A DNA stretch of 64,000 nt from NCBI GenBank assembly GCA_929200535.1, contig CAKMZV010000005.1, positions 12,442 through 76,441 on the forward strand, written 5' to 3'. Position 1 is the stretch's first letter, and each line of letters begins with the position of its first letter. Below are positions 48,003 to 58,627 of this stretch, piece by piece. The notes under the pieces were generated by a model. That model saw only the letters and a list, made by a program, of their open reading frames with translations, was not told where the DNA came from and searched no databases. Source of the DNA: an uncultured Gammaproteobacteria bacterium (GTDB lineage Bacteria > Pseudomonadota > Gammaproteobacteria > CAKMZV01). A program made the translations under genes and the position numbers.

Positions 48003-48629
48003 ATGCTGCTTACAAGTATGAAGTATCGTTCTTTGTACCTTATTTATAATGTTGAAGAGAATAATTTTCAGATTGACTGGCAGGTTTTTCTTCGAGTTTT
48101 GAAGCGTGGGGTTTATTGTGTGCAGTATCGCTCTAAAGGGAGTTCTTTTGAGTTTGATTATCGTTATGCGAGAAAGGTGCAGAAGATTTGTTGCCGTTCA
48201 CGTACACCTTTCGTGATTAATGATAGTCTTAAATTAGCTCGTCGAGTGCGTGCAGATGGCATACATATTGGTCAAGAAGATGGGAAATTATCTTTTATTA
48301 AAAAGCAATTAAATTGGCGGGCAAGAGGGTTTAAGGGTCGTTTACCGATAGTGGGTGTAAGTTGTTATAATCACCTTGCTCTTGCTATCAAAGGAAAAAA
48401 GGAGGGGGCAGATTATCTTGCTTTTGGTGCATTATTCCCCTCCCCAACGAAGCCTGATAAGGAAACGGTGTCTTTTCAAGTAGTGAAAAAAGCAAACAAG
48501 CTTGGTCTTCCTACGGTGGTTATTGGAGGTATTAACTCATTGAATCTTCGTTATGCAAAGAAAACTCATGCAAATGCTTATGCAATGATTAGCGGTATTA
48601 ATGGGATAGATGATAAAATTAATTTTTGA
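48003..48629 (+). CDS. thiE: thiamine-phosphate synthase
   Basis: Colinear with E. coli ThiE (..RSK....INDSL.LA....ADGIHIGQED..., GVSCYN, ADYLAFGALFPSPTKP, PTVVIGGIN). Confidence 0.8.
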   Translation: MLLTSMKYRSLYLIYNVEENNFQIDWQVFLRVLKRGVYCVQYRSKGSSFEFDYRYARKVQKICCRSRTPFVINDSLKLARRVRADGIHIGQEDGKLSFIKKQLNWRARGFKGRLPIVGVSCYNHLALAIKGKKEGADYLAFGALFPSPTKPDKETVSFQVVKKANKLGLPTVVIGGINSLNLRYAKKTHANAYAMISGINGIDDKINF

Positions 48630-48665
48630 TTTTGTAATTTTTTAATGGATAGAGGATAGCTGTTT

Positions 48666-49322
48666 ATGAAACTGATATTATTAGGGCCTCCAGGGGCAGG
48701 CAAGGGCACACAAGCTCAGAGTATGACGCATTTTTTTCAAATCCCTCAGGTTTCTACAGGGGATATTTTACGTTCTGAAGTGAGTCGCAATACCAAGCTG
48801 GGAAAGGAGGCGAAAGCCTATATGGATGCAGGCGAGTTAGTGCCAGATAATTTGATTATTGCGATGGTGGAGAAACGCATTGCACAAGAGGATTGTCAAA
48901 AAGGTTTTTTATTGGATGGGTTCCCACGCACTTCAAATCAAGCTGAGGCAATTACGGCACAAAATATTGATATTGATGCGGTTATCGAGTTAAAGGTGCC
49001 GGATAAAGATATTGTTCAGCGACTTGGAGGTAGAAGGGTGCATCCTGCTTCAGGAAGAAGTTATCATATTATTTATAATCCTCCGCAAGAAGAGGGTAAG
49101 GACGATGTGACTGGTGAGGAGTTGGTGCACCGAGTAGATGATCAGGAAGAGACCATTCTCTTGAGGTTACAAGTTTATGCAGAAATGACAAGCCCCCTTA
49201 TTGCTTATTACAAAGAAATGCAGAAGCAAGATAAAACGCATTATTTTGAAATAGATGGCACCCAAGCAATTGATGATATTGGTCAGCAGATTGTGGATTG
49301 CTTACATTCACTCCCTCGATGA
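48666..49322 (+). CDS. adk: adenylate kinase
   Basis: GPPGAGKGTQA P-loop, LID and NMP-binding motifs. Confidence 0.95.
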   Translation: MKLILLGPPGAGKGTQAQSMTHFFQIPQVSTGDILRSEVSRNTKLGKEAKAYMDAGELVPDNLIIAMVEKRIAQEDCQKGFLLDGFPRTSNQAEAITAQNIDIDAVIELKVPDKDIVQRLGGRRVHPASGRSYHIIYNPPQEEGKDDVTGEELVHRVDDQEETILLRLQVYAEMTSPLIAYYKEMQKQDKTHYFEIDGTQAIDDIGQQIVDCLHSLPR

Positions 49323-50662
49323 AAAAAAAAATACTGCTTGTTGGCGGAGGAGGACGCGAACATTCTTTTGCCCAAAAGCTTGTTGAGGATGCAGATGCCA
49401 CTATCTATGCTATTATGGGGCATGCTAACCCTGGTATTATAGATTGTGTTACCGCCTCACAAGGGGTTTATATTATCGATGATGCCAATCAGCCAGATAG
49501 GGTATTGTCATTTGCTAAGCAACAACAGGTAGATTATGTATTTGTTAGTGCGGATACACCTTTGGCAAACGGTGTGGTTGATGTACTTCTATCAAATAAC
49601 ATTAAAGCAATTGGGGGTAATCAAGCGGCTACTCGCATAGAGTGGGATAAAATCTATTCCATTGAAATGATGCAAAAAGTTTGTCCCGAATATACGCCTT
49701 TTTATCGAGTGGTTGCTGATGAAAAGACCTTAGCTCAAGCGATTGATGAATTTAAGCAAAAGCAAATGCAAATTGTGGTTAAGCCTCAAGGTTTAACAGG
49801 AGGAAAGGGGGTTAAGGTAATGCCAGAACATCTAAGTGATTATCAACACGCCAGCAATTATGCCCTTGAATTACTTAGCCAAAAAAACGATGAAAAAGTG
49901 CTTCTTGTGGAAAAATTAGAAGGCTTGGAATTTACCATTATGGGTTTAACCGATGGGAAAAACTTAGTGATGTGCCCAGCAAGTTACGATTATCCTTTTC
50001 GCTTACAAAATGATTATGGGGCAGGCACGGGAGGAATGGGTTGTTTTACCAACACCGAGCATAAACTCCCTTTTATGAGGGAGCAAGATTGGAATGATTG
50101 CCAAACCATTATGCAACGTATTATTGATCAAATGCGTAAAGAAGGTTTGCTTTTTAATGGGGTGTTGAATGGTGGTTTTTTCCTTACCCCCAAAGGCATT
50201 CGCTTTATGGAGTTTAACGGACGCTTTGGCGACCCCGAAGCCCTAAATATTTTAAGCGTATTAAAAAGTTCATTTTTAAAACTGATTGAAGATTTATGGC
50301 ATCAACGTCTATCAACTAAGAGCGTGGAATTTCTTGATAAGGCTAGTGTTGTTAAATACTTAGTCGCAAAAGAATATCCCCAATCCAGCCCAGAGGCATT
50401 AGATTTTAGTATCGATAAAGCGTTGTTAGAAAAAGAAAATATTCGCCTTTTCTACTCATCCTGCATTCGCAAGGGAGAAGATTATCAAACTCTAAAAAGC
50501 TCTCGAGTCATCGCCTTAGGCGCAATTTCTGACTCCATAAGCGAAGCCTCAGAACGAATTAACAAGGCAATCTCACAAGCCATCAAAGGAAACCTTGATT
50601 ATCGTCAAGATATAGCTTCCAAAGAAAATTTAAAGAAACTTCAAAATTTTAACGTTAATTAG
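49319..50662 (+). CDS. purD: phosphoribosylamine--glycine ligase (ATP-grasp)
   Basis: N-terminal GGGGREH motif, ATP-grasp central domain (VVKPQGLTGGKGV), EFNGRFGDPE. ATGA start overlapping the adk stop. Confidence 0.8.
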   Translation: MKKKILLVGGGGREHSFAQKLVEDADATIYAIMGHANPGIIDCVTASQGVYIIDDANQPDRVLSFAKQQQVDYVFVSADTPLANGVVDVLLSNNIKAIGGNQAATRIEWDKIYSIEMMQKVCPEYTPFYRVVADEKTLAQAIDEFKQKQMQIVVKPQGLTGGKGVKVMPEHLSDYQHASNYALELLSQKNDEKVLLVEKLEGLEFTIMGLTDGKNLVMCPASYDYPFRLQNDYGAGTGGMGCFTNTEHKLPFMREQDWNDCQTIMQRIIDQMRKEGLLFNGVLNGGFFLTPKGIRFMEFNGRFGDPEALNILSVLKSSFLKLIEDLWHQRLSTKSVEFLDKASVVKYLVAKEYPQSSPEALDFSIDKALLEKENIRLFYSSCIRKGEDYQTLKSSRVIALGAISDSISEASERINKAISQAIKGNLDYRQDIASKENLKKLQNFNVN

Positions 50663-50723
50663 AAAAAGAGGATTCTTGAGTTAAATTAAAATAGTGTCAT
50701 AGGAAAAGTCAGCGATTTAATAT

Positions 50724-52313
50724 ATGAAAAGAACGGACGATTATAGTAAATATGATATTAGTCACTGTTGGTTCAGCGGTATTAAAAAAAATAAAAAGTT
50801 TTTTTTAGCTGATTCAACCGGGGTCAAAATTGAGGCAAGGAAGATTTTAGTTGGGGTACTCCTTATGCAAGATTTTTTAAAAGCTAAAATGTCTTATGAA
50901 GAAAAAAATATAGCAATGATTATGCCAGCATCAGTCGCTGGTAGCCTTGCCAATATAGCACTCTTAAATTTGGGGAAAACTATTTGTCATTTGAATTATA
51001 CGAGTGATGCGAAATCCCTTAATAACTCTATTGAAATTTCCAATGTTAATACGTTGCTAACGTCAAAAAAATTTATCAACAAATTAAAAGACAAGGGGTT
51101 TGATATATCCTCTTCAATCGGCAAGCTCAATATTATTTATTTGGAGGATTTGAAAAGCTATGCTACTGCAGTTAAAAAAATAAAGTATTACCTATTAACA
51201 TTTTTGCAATCGTCAATTCTCAGATGGTTATTTGCTCAGAAAAATCAACCAGATAAAACAGCATTCGTGCTATTTAGTAGTGGTAGTGAGAGTATGCCAA
51301 AAGGAATACGGCTTAGTCATAGAAATATTGTCGGTAATGTTATGCAATCGAATGATCGTTTGAATGCTAAGGAGGATGATGTGTTAATTGGGATTTTGCC
51401 AATTTTCCATTCTTTTGGGCTAACCGTTTGTACTATATTGCCACAATTAATCGGCTTGAGTGCTGTTTATCATCCAGATCCAACGGATGGTATCACTATA
51501 GCAGAATTAACGAGTAATTATAGGGGAACAATTTTATTTGCAACTCCAACTTTTCTTAGGTTATATACAACAAATAAAAAAATTCATTCACATTCTTTTC
51601 AAACATTAAATAAAGTGATTGCTGGTGCAGAGAAATTACCAGAAAATATAAGAGCCGAATTTCAAAAGAAATTTGGTCTGGAGGTGTATGAGGGTTATGG
51701 AGCAACTGAAACTTCTCCAGTCATTAGTTGTAATGCACCAAATGATAAGCAACAAAATAAAATTGGCACTGTAGGCAAACCTCTTATTGGGACTCAAGTA
51801 CTTATTGTTGATCCCGAAACATATAACAAACTTGATGTAAATGAGGAGGGGTTAATTATGGTCGCCGGCGTTCAGGTTATGCAGGGATACTTGGGGGATA
51901 AAGAGAGTGCTTTTAAGGTAATCGAGGGTACTAAATTTTATAGTACAGGAGATAGAGGGAAAATAGATCAAGATGGGTATATTACTATTATAGATAGATA
52001 TTCCCGCTTTGCTAAGATTGCTGGAGAAATGATTAGCTTATCCAAATTAGAGTCGGAAATTTATAAACACATTGGGGAAAGTATAGAAATATGTGCTACC
52101 TATTTGGAAGATAATAAAAAAGGAGAGCAGCTTGTTGTGTTGCATACAGAGGAAATCGATATTGACGGGTTAAAGCATAAACTTATTAATGATATAAACC
52201 CGCTTTTTATTCCTAAAAAATTTCTTCAAGTTGATCAAATTCCTAAATTGGGCTCTGGTAAGGTAGGTTTTTCTGAAGTTAGAGAGATAGCCAAATTGCG
52301 ATTGTCAATATAG
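50724..52313 (+). CDS. AMP-dependent synthetase/ligase, Aas-type acyl-ACP synthetase-like
   Basis: AMP-binding motif LFSSGSESMPKGIRLSHRN (compare E. coli Aas YTSGSEGTPKGVVLSHRN). Later GYGATETS and DRGKID motifs. Confidence 0.7.
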   Translation: MKRTDDYSKYDISHCWFSGIKKNKKFFLADSTGVKIEARKILVGVLLMQDFLKAKMSYEEKNIAMIMPASVAGSLANIALLNLGKTICHLNYTSDAKSLNNSIEISNVNTLLTSKKFINKLKDKGFDISSSIGKLNIIYLEDLKSYATAVKKIKYYLLTFLQSSILRWLFAQKNQPDKTAFVLFSSGSESMPKGIRLSHRNIVGNVMQSNDRLNAKEDDVLIGILPIFHSFGLTVCTILPQLIGLSAVYHPDPTDGITIAELTSNYRGTILFATPTFLRLYTTNKKIHSHSFQTLNKVIAGAEKLPENIRAEFQKKFGLEVYEGYGATETSPVISCNAPNDKQQNKIGTVGKPLIGTQVLIVDPETYNKLDVNEEGLIMVAGVQVMQGYLGDKESAFKVIEGTKFYSTGDRGKIDQDGYITIIDRYSRFAKIAGEMISLSKLESEIYKHIGESIEICATYLEDNKKGEQLVVLHTEEIDIDGLKHKLINDINPLFIPKKFLQVDQIPKLGSGKVGFSEVREIAKLRLSI

Positions 52314-52366
52314 GGGTAGCCTAACCTAAATTTTTATTGAAACCGTTTTTAAAGTTTTTTAATTAT

Positions 52367-54862
52367 ATGAATGATTTTCCTTCAAAAGCACACACCGTTG
52401 TTATTGGTGGCGGTGTAGCTGGCTGTAGTGTGGCGTATCATCTTTGTAAGCAGGGCATAAAAGATGTTGTTTTACTTGAACGTAAGCGAATTGGGAGTGG
52501 TACGAGCTATCATGCGGCTGGTATGATAAGGAATTTATTGGGGAGTGATAGTAATACGTGGTTATCCTCTTATACGAATAAGTTGCTTGCTAATTTAACT
52601 GAAGAGACTGGAGTTGATATTCATTATCGTAAGGTGGGCTCATTGTTTGTGACCAATTTTGCGGATCGAATGGATGAGTTTCGTAGCACTTATACCTTGG
52701 CAAATTCGTTTGATTTAGAAGCTCATTTATTATCTGCTGCTGAAATGGGTAAGCATTGGGGTTTATTGAATACCGATGATCTTCTCGGTGGGATATATAT
52801 GCCGGATGATGCGTTGGTTAACCCTTATCAGGTTGCTTTGGCTTTTGCTGAGGGGGCGAGAAAGCAGGGTGCAATGGTTTTAGAAAATACCAAAGCCGAG
52901 CAATTGCTTGTTGAAAAAGGGCGTGTGGTTGCGGTAAAAACCGAGCAGGGCGTTATTCATTGTGACAACGTAGTGATTTGTGGGGGTGCGTGGTCTCGTG
53001 ATTTTATGAAAACTATTGATGTGAATGTGCCGCTCCATGGTTGTGAACATTATTATGTGCTTACCGAAGATATTAAAGGGGTTCATTTGGATTTACCAGC
53101 ATTGCGAGATTTTGATGCTCGTTGTTATCTTCGCCCAGTAGCAGGTACTTACTGGAATGATGGTGGGCAACAAATAATGTGTGGTTTCTTTGAAGAAACT
53201 TCAAAACCATGGGGGCATAATGGTATTGATGAGGATTTTGAGTTTGGACGTTTGGACGAGGATTGGGAGCATTTGAATGATGTGATTGACAATGTTAAGC
53301 ATCGTATCCCAGCATTACGTGATGTGAAGATGGAGATGCTATTTAATGGTCCTGAGAGTTTTACTTATGACAATAATTACTTTGTTGGTCAGGCACCCAA
53401 TATCGATAATGTGTATGTTGGTACAGGGCTTTGTTCACGAGGTATTCAGGCTTCAGGTGGGGTAGGCTATGTTTTATCGGATCTTATCAAAAATGGTCGC
53501 TCTACCAGACGTATTGATTTTAATGATGTCGAGCTAAGCAGGGCAGCACCTTATACGGGCAATAAAAAATTCTTGTATGATCGAGCGGGGGAGGCGTTGG
53601 GATTATTATTTGGTATGCATTATCCGTATTTACAAATGGAATCCGCACGTCCAATAAAAACCTCTGCCTTGCATCATAGGCTTAAGGAGCAGGGGGCTTG
53701 TTTTGGTGAAGCGGCTGGTTGGGAAAGACCTAATTTTTATACCATTGGAGGAGAAAAACCAGAATATAAGTATTCCTATGGCAAGCAAAATTGGCATAAG
53801 AATATGATTGCTGAGCATCAAGCAGTTAGAAATAATGTTGCTTTATTTGATCAAAGTTCTTTGGTGAAGTTTTTTGTTCAAGGGGCTGATGCGGTTGTCT
53901 TTCTTAATCAAATATGTGGGGCGAATATTGATGTTGCAGTGGGGCGTATGATTTATACTCAAGCTCTTACCTCGCAAGGAGGTATTGCGGCTGATTGGAC
54001 AATTACACGAATGGCAAAAGACCAATTTATGGTAGTCACCGGAGTTGCTTGCCAAAATAGAGATTTTTATTTTTTGAAGAACAATATTCCAGAGGGTCGG
54101 AATGTTGTAGTTACTGATGTTACTTCAAGCTATGCAGTGATTGGCTTAATGGGACCGCAATCTCGTGCCTTATTAAGTGCATTCTCTCCAGATGATTTTT
54201 CTAATGAAGCGTTTCCATTTTTCACTTCGAAAATAATTGATTTTGGTTATGCCAGAGTGCGGGCAAATCGTTTATCCTATGTTGGGGAGTTGGGATGGGA
54301 GATTTATATCCCTACTGAATTTGCCTTGAGTTGTTACGATCAATTGGTGCAAGTAGGGGCAAAATTTGATCTTGGTTATGCCGGTTTTTATGTGATGAAT
54401 GCTTTGCGTTTGGAAAAAGGCTACTTGCATTGGGGGCATGATATGTGCATTGAAGAGACACCATTGGAGGCAGGCTTAGACTTTGCTGTGAAATTCAATA
54501 AACAAGATTTTAACGGCAAAGAAATTTTATTGGCACAAAAAGAAAAAGGCGTTGAGAAACGGCTCGTGAGCTTCAAGATTTTGGATAATGAGCCTTTGCT
54601 TTATCACTATGAGCCTATTTATTATCAAGGTAAACGTATTGGAAGAATTACCTCTGGAATGTTTTCGCCGTTATTAGATTGCTCCATTGGTTTGGGCTAC
54701 ATCAATGCTGAAAATGGTGCAACAAGTAAAACAGACGAAATGCTACAGGATGATTTTATCAATAATGCCGATTATGAAATTGAAATTTTAAGCAAGCGTT
54801 ACGCTACCAAGGCATCAACAAAAGCATTTTATGATCCTGAGAATCAAAAAATGCGTGCTTAG
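52367..54862 (+). CDS. FAD-dependent oxidoreductase fused to GcvT-like aminomethyltransferase domain (dimethylglycine/sarcosine dehydrogenase family)
   Basis: N-terminal DAO dinucleotide-binding fold (VVIGGGVAGCSVAYHL), C-terminal ~400 aa GcvT/folate-binding domain. Start at the ATG at 52367. Confidence 0.8.
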   Translation: MNDFPSKAHTVVIGGGVAGCSVAYHLCKQGIKDVVLLERKRIGSGTSYHAAGMIRNLLGSDSNTWLSSYTNKLLANLTEETGVDIHYRKVGSLFVTNFADRMDEFRSTYTLANSFDLEAHLLSAAEMGKHWGLLNTDDLLGGIYMPDDALVNPYQVALAFAEGARKQGAMVLENTKAEQLLVEKGRVVAVKTEQGVIHCDNVVICGGAWSRDFMKTIDVNVPLHGCEHYYVLTEDIKGVHLDLPALRDFDARCYLRPVAGTYWNDGGQQIMCGFFEETSKPWGHNGIDEDFEFGRLDEDWEHLNDVIDNVKHRIPALRDVKMEMLFNGPESFTYDNNYFVGQAPNIDNVYVGTGLCSRGIQASGGVGYVLSDLIKNGRSTRRIDFNDVELSRAAPYTGNKKFLYDRAGEALGLLFGMHYPYLQMESARPIKTSALHHRLKEQGACFGEAAGWERPNFYTIGGEKPEYKYSYGKQNWHKNMIAEHQAVRNNVALFDQSSLVKFFVQGADAVVFLNQICGANIDVAVGRMIYTQALTSQGGIAADWTITRMAKDQFMVVTGVACQNRDFYFLKNNIPEGRNVVVTDVTSSYAVIGLMGPQSRALLSAFSPDDFSNEAFPFFTSKIIDFGYARVRANRLSYVGELGWEIYIPTEFALSCYDQLVQVGAKFDLGYAGFYVMNALRLEKGYLHWGHDMCIEETPLEAGLDFAVKFNKQDFNGKEILLAQKEKGVEKRLVSFKILDNEPLLYHYEPIYYQGKRIGRITSGMFSPLLDCSIGLGYINAENGATSKTDEMLQDDFINNADYEIEILSKRYATKASTKAFYDPENQKMRA

Positions 54863-55079
54863 ATTTTGAGCTATTTTTCTCAAAAAAGTAGCTGTGCTGA
54901 TGAGAATAAGTACGAGGTTTCTTTCTATGGTATAATTAACCCTTTTGGGACAAAGCATTGTGCTTTTTATTTATTAACAAACTAATCCCCTTGTTCTATC
55001 AGTTTCACATACTTTTTTGTATTAGAACTGAGGTTAAAAAGAAATGGGGTGATGGTTATTTCAAATTTTATACCTATCA

Positions 55080-56753
55080 ATGTCAGACAAATTCGCTGAA
55101 CTTTTTGAAGCTTCATATAATCCAACTTTATACACCGCTGGTGAAATCATACCTGCTACAGTAATATACATCGAAAAAGATTATATCTATCTTGATGCTG
55201 GAACAAAGTCTGAGGCCTATGTTCCTATTGAACAATTTAAAGATGAAAATAATGAACTCACGGTAAAAATCGGTGATATTGTCGATATGTATTTAGATAT
55301 GCCTGTTGATGGTTTGGGTGAAACTCGCTTAGATCGTGATAAAGCAGAGCGTATAGAGGCATTAAGAGAATTGCAAATTTGTGTTGATAATGAAACTCCA
55401 GTTAAAGGAGTTGTTACTCACGCTGTAAGAGCAGGGTTAAGTTTGAAAGTTGGTAAGATAAAAGCGTTTTTACCTGGGTCATTAATTGATACACGTGGGG
55501 TTGAAAGTTTGGAAGATTTTGTCAATCAAACTTTAGAGGTTCGAGTTCTGAAAATTGATTCAGATAAGGGCAATATGATTGTCTCTCGTCGAGCATTATT
55601 GGATGAGGTGACGCAGGCTGAAAAAGAAGAAAAATTCGCTAAGATTGAAATAGGAGATATTGTTGAGGGAACGGTTAAAAACCTTACAGACTACGGTGCT
55701 TTTATTGATATAGGTGGCATTGATGGGTTGTTGCATATTACAGATATGGCTTGGAAACGAGTAAATCATCCATCAGAAATTACTAAGATGGGAGAAACAA
55801 TTCAACTTAAAGTAATGAAGTTGGATAAAGATAAATGCCGTCTTTCTTTAGGGTTAAAACAAATGCAAAAAGATCCTTGGGAGGATATTGAAGAGCGTTT
55901 TCCTATCGGTACAGTTATTGAAAATACAACAGTTTCAAACATTACAGATTATGGTGCTTTTGTAGCGGTTGATGCATCGATTGATGGTTTGGTCCATACC
56001 TCAGAGTTGGATTGGAAAAACCGCAATATTCATCCTTCTAAAGTACTTTCCATTGGTGAGCAGGTAAGTGTGAAAATTATTTCTTTAGATAGAGATAAAA
56101 GACGTTTCTCTTTATCAATCAAGCGTTGCAAACCAAATCCTTGGGAAGAATTTTCTAACAACTATAAGCGAGGTGATAAAATTTCTGGTGTTATTCGCTC
56201 GAAAACAGACTTCGGTTTGTTTGTTGGTTTAGATGGTGGCATTGATGGCTTAATTCATGCAACTGATCTTTGCTGGGGTAATATGAACAAAGAAGATGAG
56301 TTGGCAAAATACCACAAAGATACTCCCATAGAAGCAATTGTACTCAGTATGGATGTGGAAAGAGAAAGAGTTTCTCTTGGTATTAAACAGCTTACTAAGG
56401 ATGAATTTAATGAATTTATCATTAGTAACAATAAAGGCAGTATTGTTTCTGGAAAAGTTATTAGCTCCGATAGCAAAGGGGCAGAAGTTGAGTTGGCTGA
56501 CAAAGTTATAGGCTATCTTCGTAAATCAGAAATGTTAGAGGATGTGCAGGTTGATAATGAGATTGAAGCTGTTATTTCTAATATTGATAAGAAGAACCGA
56601 AAAATTAGTCTTTCAGTAAAATCAAAAGAAGAAGCCGAAGAGAAATCAGCATTGCGCGAATATAAAAAATCGACTCAAGAAGAACAACGAAACACTATTG
56701 GTGACCTACTTGGAGAGCAATTGACTGATTCTACTGGAGGCTCTAAAGAGTAA
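55080..56753 (+). CDS. rpsA: 30S ribosomal protein S1
   Basis: Six S1 repeats, conserved N-terminus (FAELFEAS). Followed by ihfB as in many gammaproteobacteria. Confidence 0.95.
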   Translation: MSDKFAELFEASYNPTLYTAGEIIPATVIYIEKDYIYLDAGTKSEAYVPIEQFKDENNELTVKIGDIVDMYLDMPVDGLGETRLDRDKAERIEALRELQICVDNETPVKGVVTHAVRAGLSLKVGKIKAFLPGSLIDTRGVESLEDFVNQTLEVRVLKIDSDKGNMIVSRRALLDEVTQAEKEEKFAKIEIGDIVEGTVKNLTDYGAFIDIGGIDGLLHITDMAWKRVNHPSEITKMGETIQLKVMKLDKDKCRLSLGLKQMQKDPWEDIEERFPIGTVIENTTVSNITDYGAFVAVDASIDGLVHTSELDWKNRNIHPSKVLSIGEQVSVKIISLDRDKRRFSLSIKRCKPNPWEEFSNNYKRGDKISGVIRSKTDFGLFVGLDGGIDGLIHATDLCWGNMNKEDELAKYHKDTPIEAIVLSMDVERERVSLGIKQLTKDEFNEFIISNNKGSIVSGKVISSDSKGAEVELADKVIGYLRKSEMLEDVQVDNEIEAVISNIDKKNRKISLSVKSKEEAEEKSALREYKKSTQEEQRNTIGDLLGEQLTDSTGGSKE

Positions 56754-56807
56754 GGTTATCTTTTTAAGGATAGGTAGTATTTTTTCTAATTTTTATAAGT
56801 AAAGCGT

Positions 56808-57095
56808 ATGGTAAAGCAAGAATTGATAAGAAAAATGACTGAGCAATCTAAAGTTTTTTATGAAAAGGATGTAGAACGGTCAGTACGAACAATTATCAAT
56901 GCCTTATCAGACGCTTTGTCTAAAGGTGAGCGAATTGAAATTCGTGGCTTTGGGTCTTTCTATATTAAAAAATATGGTCAAAGAGAAGCTATGAATCCGC
57001 AAACTGGTGAAAAAGTTAAACTCAATAACCGTCGAATTCCGCACTTTAGAATCAGTAAAGTTTTACATGAAAGGCTTAATATAGATAAAGCATAG
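56808..57095 (+). CDS. ihfB: integration host factor subunit beta
   Basis: 95 aa, IEIRGFGSF arm motif of HU/IHF family. Position after rpsA. Confidence 0.9.
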   Translation: MVKQELIRKMTEQSKVFYEKDVERSVRTIINALSDALSKGERIEIRGFGSFYIKKYGQREAMNPQTGEKVKLNNRRIPHFRISKVLHERLNIDKA

Positions 57096-57176
57096 TTCCT
57101 TTTATCTGTTAAAATTAAGTGAATTTTCGCATACTATTTTTCTTTTTTTAGCCCATTTCCAATTAGAGACTACGTT

Positions 57177-58604
57177 ATGAATAAGTACTTTTTAAAAGCA
57201 GCCATTTTCTTTTTTCTTTCAATACTTTCCTTTTCAACGTATGCTGCCTCAATTGGAGGAGAAACCTTAGATCTTACCAATCATCTCGTTGGTTATGTAA
57301 GTATTTTAGTTTTCATCATCGCTTATTCTTTAGTGATGAGTGAAGAGGTAATTCACTTGAAAAAATCAAAACCCGTATTAGTTTCTGCTGGTTTAATTTG
57401 GTTCGGCATTGCTTGGGTTTATAGCTCAAATAATTTGCCTCATGCTGCCGAGGTGGCAGTTAGGCACAATATTTTAGAGTTTGCTGAGTTAATGCTTTTT
57501 CTTTTAGTAGCAATGACTTATGTGAATGCTCTATTAGAGCGTCATGTCTTTGAAGCCCTAAGAAGCTACTTAGTTTCCAAGAATTATAGTTTTAGAAAAC
57601 TTTTTTGGATTACTGGGATTATTGCTTTTTTCCTCTCTCCTATTGCGGATAATTTAACCACGGCATTGGTAATGTGTGCTGTTATTCTTGCCGTTGGGGG
57701 AGATAACAGAAAATTTATTTTAATTGGGTGTATCAATATTGTCGTCGCAGCGAATGCCGGCGGTGCTTTTAGCCCTTTTGGAGATATTACTACCTTGATG
57801 GTATGGCAAAAAGGAATAGTCACTTTTAGTGAATTTTTTGCGTTAGTGCTTCCTTCTGTGGTTAATTATCTTGTGCCTGCGGTTATTATGCAGTTTGCGG
57901 TTTCAAAAGGAGTCCCTGAAGCGATTGAGGAAAAAGTAGAAATTTTACCTGGCGGTATTGTCATAATCTTTTTATTCTTGGCAACAATCGTAACAGCAGT
58001 ATCGGCTCATAATTTTTTCCATTTGCCTCCTGCATTAGGTATGATGTTAGGCTTAGGATACTTGATGTTTTATAGCTACTATTTAACCTTTAGACATAAA
58101 GGCACAGAAACAGATGATAGTTATGGAGAGATTAATATTGGAGGCATTGGCTTCCAACAAAAACACAAAACCTTTGACCCTTTCCACCGTATTGCTGGTG
58201 CTGAGTGGGACACCTTACTATTCTTCTTTGGGGTTATTTTAAGTGTTGGTGGTTTAGGATTTATCGGTTACTTATCATTAGTCTCAGAAACAATGTATAT
58301 TGGTTGGGGACCAACTTGGGCAAATATTATGGTGGGTGTGCTTTCGGCAATTGTCGATAATATTCCGGTGATGTTTGCAGTCCTAACAATGAACCCAGAT
58401 ATGTCTCTAAATCAATGGCTATTAGTCACATTAACAGCTGGAGTAGGTGGTAGTATGCTTTCGGTTGGTTCGGCTGCTGGCGTGGCTCTAATGGGGCAAT
58501 CTAAAGGAATTTATACCTTTTTGGGGCACCTAAAATGGACGCCTGTCATTGCCTTAGGATATGTTGCTAGTATCATAACCCATATTCTCATTAACGGTCT
58601 GTAA
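57177..58604 (+). CDS. ArsB/NhaD-superfamily permease (putative Na+/H+ antiporter NhaD-like)
   Basis: 475 aa, ~12 TM helices, internal two-fold repeat architecture typical of the ArsB/NhaD family. Confidence 0.5.
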   Translation: MNKYFLKAAIFFFLSILSFSTYAASIGGETLDLTNHLVGYVSILVFIIAYSLVMSEEVIHLKKSKPVLVSAGLIWFGIAWVYSSNNLPHAAEVAVRHNILEFAELMLFLLVAMTYVNALLERHVFEALRSYLVSKNYSFRKLFWITGIIAFFLSPIADNLTTALVMCAVILAVGGDNRKFILIGCINIVVAANAGGAFSPFGDITTLMVWQKGIVTFSEFFALVLPSVVNYLVPAVIMQFAVSKGVPEAIEEKVEILPGGIVIIFLFLATIVTAVSAHNFFHLPPALGMMLGLGYLMFYSYYLTFRHKGTETDDSYGEINIGGIGFQQKHKTFDPFHRIAGAEWDTLLFFFGVILSVGGLGFIGYLSLVSETMYIGWGPTWANIMVGVLSAIVDNIPVMFAVLTMNPDMSLNQWLLVTLTAGVGGSMLSVGSAAGVALMGQSKGIYTFLGHLKWTPVIALGYVASIITHILINGL

Positions 58605-58627
58605 AGCCTCATTTTTTAGCTGATAAA

